Origin: Verrucomicrobiaceae bacterium
GTDB lineage: Bacteria; Verrucomicrobiota; Verrucomicrobiia; Verrucomicrobiales; Akkermansiaceae
Direction of reading: 5' to 3'
Assembly: GCA_051252135.1 (NCBI GenBank)
Contig: JBPOGH010000005.1
Location: 128,001 to 192,000, forward strand
Length of the DNA: 64,000 nucleotides
In this document: in pieces, positions 49,483-60,791 of the stretch
How the letters are laid out: each line of letters opens with the position of its first letter
Numbering within the stretch: the first letter of the stretch is position 1
Position numbers and translations under genes: made by a program
Notes under the pieces: model-generated
Databases searched by the model: none
Told to the model about the DNA's origin: nothing
What the model saw: the letters and a program-made list of their open reading frames with translations, nothing else

Positions 49483-50391
49483 TTAAGAAGCCTTCTTCAG
49501 CGCCTTGGCGGCCCGTTTTTCAATCGCTCCGGCCGCCTTCTCTTCCCCGATGTGGTTAAGCACATCGACATAGTTTGCCGCAACCGTTTCATACTCCGCC
49601 GTGCACTCCTTGATATTGCCCTCATAGGCATCCAGCGCGCGGTCAAAATGACGCTTCGCCGCATCCATATCGTCACTTTGAACAAAGACGAGAGCCAAAT
49701 TGGCATGGGATTGCGCCGTATCCAGATTGTGATCTCCAAAAAGCTTCGTCCGCGTCTCCAGCGCCATCATGTGCATCTCCCGGGCCTGCTCGAGATAGTC
49801 CGCCTTGAAGTAAAGGCTGCCCACATTGTTGCAGATACTCGCCGTTTGCTCGTGCTCCTGCCCCAACGTCTCATGGGAAATCCGCAGCGCTTTCAATAGC
49901 AGCGTTTCTGCCTGATCAAAATTATCCTCGGCCTCGTAAATGAACGCCAGATTGTTGCTCAAATCAGCAACATCCAGAAGCGATGGCGGACTCATCCGCT
50001 CAAAGCAGGCGATCGAACGCTCATACTTGGACTTCGCCTCCATCGTCCGACCCTCCAGATCATGGATCACCGCCTGACTCGCACACACCCGGCCCACCGC
50101 TTCCTCGTTGTTTCGACCCTTGCTCAAAATCGAGAGCGCCTCGTCGTAATTCTCCATCGCATCATCGTAATCCCCCAGCTGCCGGAACAAATCTCCCTGC
50201 ACCTCCAGAGCCAGCGAGAGCTCCTCCTCGGAATACAAATCATCACTCATGCTCGTCCGCGCCTTCTCTACCGCCGTCTCGGCAGCGTGGCGGGCTTCGT
50301 CGATTTTGCCTTCGTCCAACAAATTTCGCACCCGATCTTCGAGCATGTGGAGGAGGTTGGCCGTTCCGGATTCCATGGTGATTGATGACAT
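49483..50391 (-). CDS. Tetratricopeptide repeat protein (kinesin-light-chain-like repeats)
   Basis: Repeated NNLA.IY....YDQAE....AL units such as LGQEHEQTASICNNVG. Confidence 0.82.
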   Translation of the reverse strand: MSSITMESGTANLLHMLEDRVRNLLDEGKIDEARHAAETAVEKARTSMSDDLYSEEELSLALEVQGDLFRQLGDYDDAMENYDEALSILSKGRNNEEAVGRVCASQAVIHDLEGRTMEAKSKYERSIACFERMSPPSLLDVADLSNNLAFIYEAEDNFDQAETLLLKALRISHETLGQEHEQTASICNNVGSLYFKADYLEQAREMHMMALETRTKLFGDHNLDTAQSHANLALVFVQSDDMDAAKRHFDRALDAYEGNIKECTAEYETVAANYVDVLNHIGEEKAAGAIEKRAAKALKKAS

Positions 50392-50432
50392 ATTGGCGCA
50401 AGGGTGATTTTGCACCAGCGTTTTAATCACGA

Positions 50433-50954
50433 TCAGGACAAAAGATCAAGGCAGTGATCTCGGGACGTCGGAAGCCTCCCATACGCCCGCAGGATCGCAC
50501 TCTGGCTCGTATCCCCCAACCCCAACAAACGCGCCACTTCGGCCTCAAAATGCAAGAAACCCCGCCGATCCGCCCCTTTTTCCACCAAATACCCCAATCC
50601 CCGCTGCAACAGGTCAAACATCTCCGGCACCGGATGATCCAATTCCAGCACCATCTCCAGCAACTGCCCAAAATACGCCGCCACCACCGAATCCCGGTAA
50701 CTCCTCCGCAACGCCGCCCGATAATCCACCACATGCACCTCCCTCAACCCGTGCAGCTCCGAGCGCGAACTCCGCGTCCACTCCAACTCCCCCTCGATAA
50801 ATAAATCAATTCGCCCCGCAAACGAACTCTTCGCCCGCCGCGCCCCCTTCGCCACCGTCTTGATCAAACCCGCATCCTCGGTCAGCCAGTGCACAATAAG
50901 ACTCGTCTCAGTCAGGCGCGTGAGACGGATGATCGTGCCCCGGGCGCGCTCCAT
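50433..50954 (-). CDS. recO: DNA repair protein RecO (short form)
   Basis: ETSLIVHWLTEDAGLIKTVAKGARRAKS OB-fold; helical FE...LLG region. Confidence 0.8.
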   Translation of the reverse strand: MERARGTIIRLTRLTETSLIVHWLTEDAGLIKTVAKGARRAKSSFAGRIDLFIEGELEWTRSSRSELHGLREVHVVDYRAALRRSYRDSVVAAYFGQLLEMVLELDHPVPEMFDLLQRGLGYLVEKGADRRGFLHFEAEVARLLGLGDTSQSAILRAYGRLPTSRDHCLDLLS

Positions 50955-51037
50955 GCCCCCCAAAGATCACGGCGATCAACCGCAAATTCAATATTCAATT
51001 GACCCGCATCTTGCTCACCAGTACCCACTCCTCACAC

Positions 51038-52154
51038 ATGGCAAACGAAACCATCGCTGACCTCCTGGCGGTCGATACCAGGTCTCTCGAGGACCGGGTA
51101 TCCGAACTCAGGAGGTACCTTTGACGTCCCCGCTCTCACCGCCGCGGTCTCCAAACTCGAAGACCAGGCCGCCCATCCCGAATTCTGGAACGACCAGGAC
51201 AAGGCTCGCTCCGTCCTCGCCGAAACCAAGCGCCTCAAGGACAAGCTCCTCCCCTTCCTGAAGATCGAAAAGGACTTCGAGAACATCCGCGCCAGCATCG
51301 AACTCGCCAAGGAATTCGATGACCTCGATTCCGCCAAAGAAGCCAACTCCAGCTTCGCCGACCTCGAAAAAAGCGTCGAAAGCTTCGAGGTCATCACCCT
51401 CCTCGACTCCCCAACCGACCCCTCCAATGCCTACGTCACCATCCAGGCCGGAGCCGGCGGGACCGAAGCCTGCGACTGGGCCGGCATGCTCCTCCGCATG
51501 TACCAACGCTGGGCCGAAAATCACGGCTACACCGTCACCACCACCGACTACCAGGAGGGCGACGGCGCCGGCATCTCCTCCGCTTCGCTAAAAGTCGACG
51601 GCGAATACGCATACGGATACCTTAAGAACGAACGCGGCGTCCACCGCCTCGTCCGCATCTCCCCCTTCGATAGCGCCGGCAAACGACACACCTCCTTCGC
51701 TTCCTTCGATGTCACCCCGGAAATCGATGACTCCATCGTCATCGAAATCCCCGACTCCGACGTCGAAATCTCCACCACCCGCTCCGGCGGAAAAGGCGGC
51801 CAAAACGTCAACAAGGTCGAGACCGCCGTCATCCTCAAACACAAGCCCACCGGCATCGTCATCCGCTCCACCCAGGAACGCTCCCAACTCCGCAACCGCG
51901 AACTCGCCTGGGAAACCCTCCGCGCCAAACTCTACCAAATTGAGGAAGACAAACAACGCGCTGATGCCGACCGCGAATACTCCGAAAAAGGAGAAATCGG
52001 CTGGGGCAGCCAAATCCGCTCCTACGTCTTCCAGCCCTACCAGATGGTCAAAGACCTCCGCACCGGGCACGAGACAGGCAACATCCAGTCCGTCATGGAT
52101 GGAGACATCGATGGCTTCATCGAAGCCATGCTCCGCGGCGAAACCCGGAAGTAA
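51038..52154 (+). CDS. prfB: Peptide chain release factor 2, programmed +1 frameshift at 51119-51125
   Basis: ATG 51038...AGGAGG TAC CTT TGA C; downstream frame has [13 protein letters not shown] and GGQNVNKV. Confidence 0.96.
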
Positions 52155-52178
52155 CCGCCGCGGTAAAGCCCTCCGTCC

Positions 52179-53282
52179 CTACGGATAAACCACACACATC
52201 GCCACCGGAACCTCAATCGAGTTTCCCGTCGGCTTCATCTTCCCCGTCGCGGTATCCACCTTGATCACCGAGACCTCGTTCGAGCTCTGCCCCGACGCCA
52301 AAAGATAATCCCCCTCAGGGCTCAACGCGATATTGCGCACAATCCACACCCCTGAGGACACCGTCTGCAGATGCTTCAGCGTCCCGTCTTCCTGCACTTC
52401 CAGAACCGACACCGAATCCCGCTTGGCGCTCACCAAATCCCGGTTTCCCGTGTAAACAAACCGCCCGTTCTTCGACACCAGAATCTCGGAACAACTCATC
52501 TTGTCCTCCTTCTTATCATCCGGCCCATCTTTCTCGAAAACACTCACCGTCTGAACCTCGCTCAGCCCACCCGTCCAGGCATCCCGCCTGAACACCGTGA
52601 CACTCAAAGTCAGCTCATTGAGCACATACGCAAATTTCCCATCCTTCGAGAACTTCATATGCCGTGGCCCCGAACCCTTCGGACTCACCCCTTCCCCCGA
52701 CAGTGACAATTTCGCCGACGCAGGATCCATCTTGTAAATCTTCACCCGATCAATGCCCAAATCCGGCACATAAACATACTCGTTATTCGGCCCCGGCCAC
52801 GTCGCATGAACCCGTGACTGGTTCTGCGGAGCCTCGCGCACATCCGTCGCTTGATGCTCAAAAAAGGAAACATGCTCCCCGATCTTCCCCTCTTCCGTCA
52901 ACGGAAAGGACGCCAAACACCCCCCTCCGTAATCCGCCCCCATCAGCATCCGGCTCGTTCCGTCCACACTCAACTGACAAAACCCCTTCCCGGGATAACT
53001 CACCGCGTTGATCAGACTCAGCTTGTCCCCCTCGATCTTCCACGCCGACGCCCCCCCCTTCCCGTCCACTTTCGCCGTCGAAAATACCACCTTCTTATCC
53101 GGACGCAGCATCAACCACCCCCCTCCGGGCTGATCCGCCACCTTTTTCGCCGGAGAAAGCTCTCCCGACTCCTGATTTAGCTCGGAATAATAGATGCCCC
53201 CTGCTCCCGATCCAATCAGAACCGGAATGGTGGCGGCTTGGGCTACGGCAAGAGTCATAATCGAAGCGAGAATTTTACGCAT
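52179..53282 (-). CDS. Lactonase family beta-propeller (6-phosphogluconolactonase-like), secreted
   Basis: Signal peptide; ADYGGG, VPDLGID, GSGPRHM, YVLNEL, VYTGNR. Confidence 0.85.
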   Translation of the reverse strand: MRKILASIMTLAVAQAATIPVLIGSGAGGIYYSELNQESGELSPAKKVADQPGGGWLMLRPDKKVVFSTAKVDGKGGASAWKIEGDKLSLINAVSYPGKGFCQLSVDGTSRMLMGADYGGGCLASFPLTEEGKIGEHVSFFEHQATDVREAPQNQSRVHATWPGPNNEYVYVPDLGIDRVKIYKMDPASAKLSLSGEGVSPKGSGPRHMKFSKDGKFAYVLNELTLSVTVFRRDAWTGGLSEVQTVSVFEKDGPDDKKEDKMSCSEILVSKNGRFVYTGNRDLVSAKRDSVSVLEVQEDGTLKHLQTVSSGVWIVRNIALSPEGDYLLASGQSSNEVSVIKVDTATGKMKPTGNSIEVPVAMCVVYP

Positions 53283-53372
53283 GCCCCACCCTAATCACCC
53301 TCATCCGCCAGAAGAACCCAAAAGTTCACCCATCCTTGCACCCCCCGCAATTTCGGACCATCCTCTCCCCGG

Positions 53373-56081
53373 ATGGCTGACAACATCAAGACTCCCAATT
53401 ACTTCGCCGAAGGCTTCCGTGAACTCGACGAGACCCTCGCCGAGACCACCTCCATGCTCGCCAACTCACTCCCCCTCGGAGATGAGCTTCGCAATCTCGT
53501 CCCCTGGAAAGGAGACCACTCGTTCCCGGATCGCATCGCCCCGGATCACCAGCGCGAAGGCGCACAACTCCTCTCCATCTGCTTCGAAATTCTCAACATC
53601 GTCGAAGAACGCGTCGCCTGGCAGTTCCGCAGCCTCCGCCGCGCCCAACACGGAGCCACCGCCATCAACGGACTCTGGCCCTCCGTCATCAACTGCTTTA
53701 AGGAAAACGGCCTCACCGAGGACCAGGCCATCGCCGCCCTCAAGAAGGTCAAGGTCGAGCCCGTCCTCACCGCCCACCCCACCGAAGCCAAACGCCCCTC
53801 CGTCCGCCAACGCCACAAGGCTATCTACGAAGAACTTCGTACATTCGAGACCGCACGCAAGGACCCCCACTACGGCCGCCGCATTGCCGATACCCTCGGC
53901 GCCGAACTTCAAACCCTCTGGTACACCGGAGAAATCTTCGTCCAGCGACCCGACATCCAGGAGGAACTCCGCAACGCCCTCCCCTACCTCGGCGAAATCT
54001 TCCCCGAGGTCGTCAACCGCCTCGACCGCTCGCTCGAACTCGCCTGGGCCGACGCCGGATGGGACATCTCCAAACTCCGGTCCCAGGATGCCTACCCCAA
54101 ACTCCGCTTCGTCACCTGGATCGGAGGAGACCGCGATGGCCACCCCTTCGTCACCCCGGAGGTCACCGCCAACACCCTCATCGAACTCCAGGAACACGCC
54201 CTTGACCTGCACCGCCGCTCGCTCAAGTCCGCTGCCGAAAAACTCACCCTCGCTCCGCCCTTCGCCAAGGTTCCGGCCCGCCTCCTCGAAGCCATCGACT
54301 CCCTAAAGGAATCCCTCGGCGACGCGTGCCACAAAATTTGCAAGCGCCACCACCTCGAGCCCTGGCGCATCTACATGCACCTCCTTCGCGAAAAATTCGC
54401 CCAGGGAAAATACACCAGCGCCACCGAATACCTCGACGATCTCACCCTCGCCCACGAAACCCTCGAGGAAGCCGGAGCCTTCCGCGCCGCCCACGAATGG
54501 GTCTTCCCCCTCATGCGCCGGGCCCAGGTCTTTGGTCTCCACCTCGCCTCACTCGACATCCGGAACAATTCCGAATCGCACGATGAAGCCGCCGCCCAAC
54601 TCTTCACCCTCATGGGAATTCCCGATGCCGAAAACTTCGGCACCTGGTCCGAGGAAAAACGCCGCGAACTCCTCATCGCCGAGCTCAAAAACCCCCGCCC
54701 CTTCCTCTCCCGCTACGAGAAAGCCGGCGAAAAGGCCGACGGCATCCTCGCCTACCTCCGCCTCCTCGCCACCCACCTCCGTAAAAAAGGCCCCGAAGGA
54801 CTCGGCCAGCTCATCATCAGCATGACGCGCTCCGTCTCCGACCTCCTCCTCGTCCAGGTCCTCACCCGCGAAGCCGGACTCGCCCAGCGTCACGAGAACG
54901 GACTCTGGCGCTCAAAACTCCCCGTCAGCCCCCTCTTCGAAACCGGAGATGACCTCGCCGCTGCCAGTGGAATCCTTACCGAATACCTCGATATCATGGG
55001 CCCCCACCAATCCGGTCTCCAGCCCGCCATGGTCGGCTACTCGGATTCCAATAAGGACGCCGGCGTCTTCGCCTCCCAATGGGGCATCTTCAAAGGCCAG
55101 GAAAGCATGACCGCCTCCTGCCGCGCCCACGGAGTCACCCCCCAGTTCTTCCACGGCCGGGGCGGCACCATCGGCCGCGGCGCCGGACCCACCCGCTGGT
55201 TCCTCCGCGCCCTTCCCGAAGGATCCCTCGGCGGCCCCATCCGCATCACCGAACAAGGCGAAGTCCTCCCCCGTAAATACGGCCACGAGGGCAACGCCCA
55301 CTTCCACCTCGAACTTCTCGTCGCCGGAGTCACCCGCTCCGTCGGCCTCAGCCACCAAAAGGCCTTCTCCGTCGACCGATGCCGCAGCGCCCTCGATGCC
55401 CTCTCGCGCGAGTCCGATAAAGCCTACCGCGGCCTGCTCGACTCCGACCGCTTCATGGAGTTCTACCGCACCGCCACCCCCATCGATGCCCTCGAGACCG
55501 GCGTCTTCGGCTCACGCCCCTCACGGCGCACCGGTAAAAAAGCCTCCCTCAAAGACCTCCGCGCCATCCCCTGGGTCTTCTCCTGGACCCAGGCCCGCTT
55601 CTACCTCCCCGGATGGTACGGCGTCGGATCCGGACTCGAAGCCATCGGCGAAGAAGCCTTCGCCCAAATCCAGGACAGCCTCGGCGAGTTCGACTTCCTC
55701 CGATACGTCTTCACCAACATCGAATCCTCCCTCGCCTCCGCCAACCCGGAAACAATGCGCCAATACGCAGACCTCTGCCCCGATCCCGATCTCCGCGATC
55801 AAATCCTCGGCCGCATCCTCGACGAATTCGTAAAAACCAAATCCATGGTCCACCAACTCTTCGGGCGCACCTTTGACGACCGTCGCCCGCGCATGGAAAA
55901 AACCCTCGCCCTCCGCGAAGTTCCCCTGAAAGTCCTCCACGACCAACAGATCGAACTCCTCCAACGCTGGCGCGCCGGCGGCAGCGTCGTCGAGACCGGG
56001 GACGGAAAGTTCGACCGCGACTTCCTCGCCCTCCAGCTCACCATCAACGCCATCTCCTCCGGACTCCGCGAGACCGGTTGA
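53373..56081 (+). CDS. ppc: Phosphoenolpyruvate carboxylase
   Basis: VLTAHPTE, WIGGDRDGHP, PLFET, MVGYSDSNKDAG, FHGRGGTIGRG, TEQGE, LRAIPWVFSWTQ. Confidence 0.95.
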   Translation: MADNIKTPNYFAEGFRELDETLAETTSMLANSLPLGDELRNLVPWKGDHSFPDRIAPDHQREGAQLLSICFEILNIVEERVAWQFRSLRRAQHGATAINGLWPSVINCFKENGLTEDQAIAALKKVKVEPVLTAHPTEAKRPSVRQRHKAIYEELRTFETARKDPHYGRRIADTLGAELQTLWYTGEIFVQRPDIQEELRNALPYLGEIFPEVVNRLDRSLELAWADAGWDISKLRSQDAYPKLRFVTWIGGDRDGHPFVTPEVTANTLIELQEHALDLHRRSLKSAAEKLTLAPPFAKVPARLLEAIDSLKESLGDACHKICKRHHLEPWRIYMHLLREKFAQGKYTSATEYLDDLTLAHETLEEAGAFRAAHEWVFPLMRRAQVFGLHLASLDIRNNSESHDEAAAQLFTLMGIPDAENFGTWSEEKRRELLIAELKNPRPFLSRYEKAGEKADGILAYLRLLATHLRKKGPEGLGQLIISMTRSVSDLLLVQVLTREAGLAQRHENGLWRSKLPVSPLFETGDDLAAASGILTEYLDIMGPHQSGLQPAMVGYSDSNKDAGVFASQWGIFKGQESMTASCRAHGVTPQFFHGRGGTIGRGAGPTRWFLRALPEGSLGGPIRITEQGEVLPRKYGHEGNAHFHLELLVAGVTRSVGLSHQKAFSVDRCRSALDALSRESDKAYRGLLDSDRFMEFYRTATPIDALETGVFGSRPSRRTGKKASLKDLRAIPWVFSWTQARFYLPGWYGVGSGLEAIGEEAFAQIQDSLGEFDFLRYVFTNIESSLASANPETMRQYADLCPDPDLRDQILGRILDEFVKTKSMVHQLFGRTFDDRRPRMEKTLALREVPLKVLHDQQIELLQRWRAGGSVVETGDGKFDRDFLALQLTINAISSGLRETG

Positions 56082-58133
56082 TCACTCCCTCTTCACCTCA
56101 AAGACGTCCACCGTCCCATCCCGGTTCCCCGCCACAAAATGTCCCCCATCGGGACTAAAGGCCAACGACACCGGCGAATGCCCCGTCCTGAGGGTTTGCA
56201 GAATCTTGATCTTCTGATCAATCACCTCCCCGATCACCAGCGCCGCGTCTGCCTCGTCCCCCGTGATCGCCACCCAGTACCGCTGTAAGGGATCGGCGGC
56301 CAGCTCGCCTGTATCATCGGCCAACTCTGCCAGCTTCTCAATCGCTCCCGCCTCCGCCTTCCCGCTGATCAAATCCCCCACGCCCCGCATCCGCGACCGC
56401 ACCTCGGGATCATCCACCTCAAGCTGCCCCAGAAGCTTTAGCACCGGTGCCCCCATCGCCACCAGGCTGTTCGTCGCCTCATCCCGCTTCGCAAACTCAC
56501 GGTCCGCCAACTGCCCCACCAACACCTTCACCCGCGCCTCATCCACCGGCACCGGAGGAGCCATCGGCTTCAGCAACCGCCCCATCAAATTCTCCTCCCC
56601 GATCCCCAGCAAAAAAGACCGTCCATGATCAATCACCGCGATCGATTCAGGCGCCCTCTTGCCCACCTCAAGATTCCTCAGCCGTTGCCCGTCTCCCATA
56701 TTCCAGTAAGCCACCGTCTTATCCTGACTCGCCGTGATGAGCGTCATTCCGTCGGCTGAAATACTCAAATCCACAATATCCTCCCCATGCCCCGTGAAAG
56801 TCCGCTGCCGCTTCCCGTCAGCCACACTCCATCGCACCGCCCGATCATCGTCACCACCACTCACCAAATTCGTCCCATCGGGCGAAAACGCCAACACCTG
56901 CACCCGCTCCCCGTGACGCACCGACCGCATCTTCTCCCCCGATTCACCATCAACAAATTGAATCACTCCCCTCTCATCCCCCACCGCCACCAGCGTGCCA
57001 TCGGGTGAGACCGCCATCGCCGTCGCAGCCCCCGTCACCTGCTCACGCGTCCCCTCCGCAAGATTCCACAAATTCCAACCATCCGACGAACCACTCGCAT
57101 ACACCTTCGTCCCCCCCGGCCCGATCGCGACACTGTTCACATAATTCGTATGAAGCGGAATCCCCAGCGTCGGCACAACCCGCTCCCCGGTCTCGGCTCG
57201 ATGAAGATACAAAAGTTTGCTGTCCCCCGAAATAATCACCTTCCCGTCTTCCGAAAACGCCACCGGCGTATGCGACCGCTCCTCCGTATCAATCTTCCTC
57301 ACAATCTCCCCGCTCAACCCATCAAAAACATAAAGCTGATAATCCGCACACGGAGCCGCCACATACCTTCCGTCCGGTGACCACGCCACCACCTGCGCTT
57401 CATTCTCCAGCTTCGTCTCCCACACCACCTTCAACGAATCGCACTCATAAACCCCCACCCTCTCATCCTCGGAAGTCACCGCAAATCTCTTCCCGTCCGG
57501 CGATCGCACAATCGTATAAACATCCCCAAATTTCTTCTTAATCGTATCAACACACTTCCCCGTCGCCACCTCCCACCGCTTCACCTTCCCGTCCTCCGAT
57601 CCCGAAATCACAAAGTCCCCCGTCCCATCAAAAACCACCGTGTAGACATCCTTGGTATGCCCCTCAAAATCCCGGAGCATCTTCCCCGTCCCGATCTCCC
57701 ACAGCTTGATCAACCCCTTACTGTCCCCCACCACCATCCACTTCCCGTTCGGATGAACGTCGACCCGATAGGCCGTCTCCTCATGCTTGTAGCTCATCAA
57801 CTCCTTCCCCGTCTCCAGATCATAACGCACCACATGACCACCCCCGCCTGCCGCCACAATCTCCTTCTCCCCCGGTAGCACCGCCACCCCCCACACATCG
57901 TAAGCCGCATCCTTGGAATACCGCTGCAACTCCTCACCACTCTCCAGATTCCAAAGCCGTGTCGTCCCGTCCCTCGACGTGCTCAGCACCCGCTCACCGT
58001 CACTCAACACCCGAATCTCCGATAAACTCCCCGCATGCAAAAAGCCCGCCTTCCCCAGCTGCGCCATCGGCATCAACACCTCCTCCGCTCCCGCCTGTAG
58101 CACCATCGCAAAAATAACCCCAAAGATCCTCAT
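56082..58133 (-). CDS. Secreted WD40-repeat protein
   Basis: Multiple GH...SGS.D..V..W repeats plus a HEAT-like insert (LADREFAKRDEAT). Confidence 0.85.
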   Translation of the reverse strand: MRIFGVIFAMVLQAGAEEVLMPMAQLGKAGFLHAGSLSEIRVLSDGERVLSTSRDGTTRLWNLESGEELQRYSKDAAYDVWGVAVLPGEKEIVAAGGGGHVVRYDLETGKELMSYKHEETAYRVDVHPNGKWMVVGDSKGLIKLWEIGTGKMLRDFEGHTKDVYTVVFDGTGDFVISGSEDGKVKRWEVATGKCVDTIKKKFGDVYTIVRSPDGKRFAVTSEDERVGVYECDSLKVVWETKLENEAQVVAWSPDGRYVAAPCADYQLYVFDGLSGEIVRKIDTEERSHTPVAFSEDGKVIISGDSKLLYLHRAETGERVVPTLGIPLHTNYVNSVAIGPGGTKVYASGSSDGWNLWNLAEGTREQVTGAATAMAVSPDGTLVAVGDERGVIQFVDGESGEKMRSVRHGERVQVLAFSPDGTNLVSGGDDDRAVRWSVADGKRQRTFTGHGEDIVDLSISADGMTLITASQDKTVAYWNMGDGQRLRNLEVGKRAPESIAVIDHGRSFLLGIGEENLMGRLLKPMAPPVPVDEARVKVLVGQLADREFAKRDEATNSLVAMGAPVLKLLGQLEVDDPEVRSRMRGVGDLISGKAEAGAIEKLAELADDTGELAADPLQRYWVAITGDEADAALVIGEVIDQKIKILQTLRTGHSPVSLAFSPDGGHFVAGNRDGTVDVFEVKRE

Positions 58134-58236
58134 CCCCTATTCCTTACTTGTTCAAATGCGGTGGCACCAGCCTTCATTATCCGGGCAAATTACTCCCTGA
58201 CTTGCACCCTCACCAAAATCCCTCCATCTTCCTCCA

Positions 58237-59874
58237 ATGAAGCACTTGTTTCTCGCCTGCCTCCTTCCCGGCCTCTCCCTCGCCGATGCCAAACTCCCCG
58301 CCGACGAGCACTTCCGGGTCGATGAAATCGCCACCGGCTTTGTCGACGCCATGGAAATCACCGTCGCCCCCCAGGGATACGTCTTCGTGATCGAGCGCAC
58401 CGGAGCAGTCAAAGTGGTCAATCCCGACTCCGGAGAAATTAAAGAAATCGCCCAACTCGATGTCGAAGTCCGCGAAAAGGAACACGCCCGTGAGTGCGGC
58501 CTCCTCGGCATCACCCTTGATCCCGCCTTCGCCACCAACAAATGGCTCTATCTCTACTACTCCCCTACCGGGAAAGCCGCCCACAACCTCTCCCGCTTCA
58601 CCTTCACCGGCTCCGCCCTCACCGATGAAAAAGTCCTCCTCACCGTCAAACAGGACCCCGAAAACGGTACCTGCCACGAGGGAGGCTCCCTCACCTTCGG
58701 CCCCGACGGCTGCCTCTTCCTCTCCACCGGAGACAACACCTGCCCCTTCAAGTCCGATGGCTCCGCACCCATCGACGAGCGCGACGAACGCAAATGGTAC
58801 GACGCCCAACGCTCCGCCGCCAACACCAACGACCTCCGCGGAAAAATCCTGCGCATCAAACCCACCCCCGATGGCTCCTACACCATCCCCGAAGGAAACC
58901 TCTTCCCCCCCGGCACCGACAAAACCCTCCCCGAAATCTACGTCATGGGCTGCCGGAATCCCTACCGCATCTCAGTCGACCAAAAAAATGGCATCCTCTA
59001 CTGGGGAAAAGTCGGCCCCGATGCCGGTAAGGACTCCAAACGCGGCCCCCGTGGATACGATGAAATCAACCAGGCCCGCCAGGCCGGTAACTTCGGCTGG
59101 CCCTACTTCAGCGGCGATAACAAACCCTACACCGACTACGATTTCGAAACTAAGAAACTCGGAAAACCCTTCAACCCCCAAGCACCCGTAAACGACTCCC
59201 CCAACAACACCGGCCTCCGCAAACTCCCACCCGCACAACCCGCCTTCTGGTTCTACCCCCGCGCCTCCGCCTGCGCCGGACCCGTCTTCTACAAAGACCA
59301 ATATCCCGACTCCCCCACCAAACTCCCCGACTCCTTCGACTCCTCCCTCATCGTCTATGACTGGACCAGCAACTGGATCCGCGTCATCAGACTCGATGAA
59401 AAAGGCGACATTGTTTCCAACGAACCCTGGCTCTCAAAATTCCGCTTCGTCCACCTCGGCGACATGGAAATGAGCCCCAAGGGCGAACTCTACATCCTCG
59501 AATACGGCTCCGCCTGGTATGATGGTAACGACGGCAAACTCAAGCGTGTCACCTACTCCGCCGAGCCCCAACCCATCGAGGTCCCCGCCAACGACCCCCG
59601 CATGGTCGGCCTCCCCGAGGGCCATCCCGGCTCCGCCATGATCGGCGGCTCCACCTGCCTCGCCTGCCACATGACCAAGGACAAATCCATCGGACCCTCC
59701 TACAAGGACGTCGCCAAAAAATACAAAGACGACCCCAAGGCCATCCCCACCCTCGCTGAAAAAATCCTCTCCGGCGGAGTCGGTGTCTGGGGCCAACAAC
59801 CGATGCCTCCCCACCCCCAGCACAACATCGAGGAAACCCAGCAAATGGTCGAAGCCATCCTCCAGGTGAAGTGA
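58237..59874 (+). CDS. PQQ-dependent sugar dehydrogenase (GSDH-like) fused to c-type cytochrome
   Basis: CHEGG, STGDNT, DLRGKILRI, GCRNPYR, NFGWP; C-terminal CLACH...IGPSY...MPPH. Confidence 0.88.
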   Translation: MKHLFLACLLPGLSLADAKLPADEHFRVDEIATGFVDAMEITVAPQGYVFVIERTGAVKVVNPDSGEIKEIAQLDVEVREKEHARECGLLGITLDPAFATNKWLYLYYSPTGKAAHNLSRFTFTGSALTDEKVLLTVKQDPENGTCHEGGSLTFGPDGCLFLSTGDNTCPFKSDGSAPIDERDERKWYDAQRSAANTNDLRGKILRIKPTPDGSYTIPEGNLFPPGTDKTLPEIYVMGCRNPYRISVDQKNGILYWGKVGPDAGKDSKRGPRGYDEINQARQAGNFGWPYFSGDNKPYTDYDFETKKLGKPFNPQAPVNDSPNNTGLRKLPPAQPAFWFYPRASACAGPVFYKDQYPDSPTKLPDSFDSSLIVYDWTSNWIRVIRLDEKGDIVSNEPWLSKFRFVHLGDMEMSPKGELYILEYGSAWYDGNDGKLKRVTYSAEPQPIEVPANDPRMVGLPEGHPGSAMIGGSTCLACHMTKDKSIGPSYKDVAKKYKDDPKAIPTLAEKILSGGVGVWGQQPMPPHPQHNIEETQQMVEAILQVK

Positions 59875-59875
59875 C

Positions 59876-60712
59876 CTACCACCTCAGCTTCTTCCGCAGC
59901 GTCTCGTAAAACGAGTGCCCCGGCAGCCTCACCAAATTGAGACACTGCGGATGCTTCGTCACCCGCACCATACTCCCCTTCTCAATCCGTAAAATATCGC
60001 GACCATCAACCGAAAACAAAATCGGTTCCTCGGTCCGTCCCGTTGGCAGCAACTCGATCACCGAGTCCTCACTCAACACCAGCGAACGGTTGCTCAAACT
60101 GTGAGGACAAATCGGCGTGATCACGAACACCCCGGACCTCGGCCCGATGAGAGGCCCCCCCGCCGCTAACGAGTAAGCTGTCGATCCCGTCGGCGTCGCC
60201 ACCAGCAATCCATCCGCATTGTATTCGTTCAACAACTCGCCATCCACCCGCGCCTCCAGCGAGACCAGTCGTCCGGTCTCACCACGCATCAGGACCGCTT
60301 CGTTCAGCGCAATAAATTCGTGTTTTCCCCCACCCTCCTCCGTCATCTCAACCTTCAGCATCGTCCGCTCCACCAGCTGAATCTTTCCATCGGCTATCGC
60401 GTCACTCAACAAGTCCACTTCCTCATCCGTGCACGCCGTCAAAAATCCCAGCGTCCCGATATTCACCCCCGCAATCGGAATCGCCGTCGGCGCAATCCGG
60501 TGCAGCGTCTCCAAAAGAGTCCCGTCCCCCCCCAGCGAAATAACAAGATCCGCTCCCTTCTCAAAATCATCCGCTCCCGCCTCTCCAATCAACCCCGCCG
60601 TCTCGCTTTCCAGCACCACCTCGATCCCCCGTTTCCGCAGGCTATCCCGCACACGCATTACCGCCATCGGCGCATCAGGCTTCTTGGGATGGGCAACAAT
60701 CGCAACGAGCAC
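59876..60712 (-). CDS. nadK: NAD kinase
   Basis: LGGDGTLL, GTLGFL, ALNE, DGLLVATPTGSTAYSLAAGGP. Confidence 0.95.
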   Translation of the reverse strand: MLVAIVAHPKKPDAPMAVMRVRDSLRKRGIEVVLESETAGLIGEAGADDFEKGADLVISLGGDGTLLETLHRIAPTAIPIAGVNIGTLGFLTACTDEEVDLLSDAIADGKIQLVERTMLKVEMTEEGGGKHEFIALNEAVLMRGETGRLVSLEARVDGELLNEYNADGLLVATPTGSTAYSLAAGGPLIGPRSGVFVITPICPHSLSNRSLVLSEDSVIELLPTGRTEEPILFSVDGRDILRIEKGSMVRVTKHPQCLNLVRLPGHSFYETLRKKLRW

Positions 60713-60791
60713 AAAGAACTGTTAGCATTTCCCCCCCCACGCGGCAAGCGGCCCGATTGACAACCCCTCCTCCAACCCACAAGTTCTCCCC

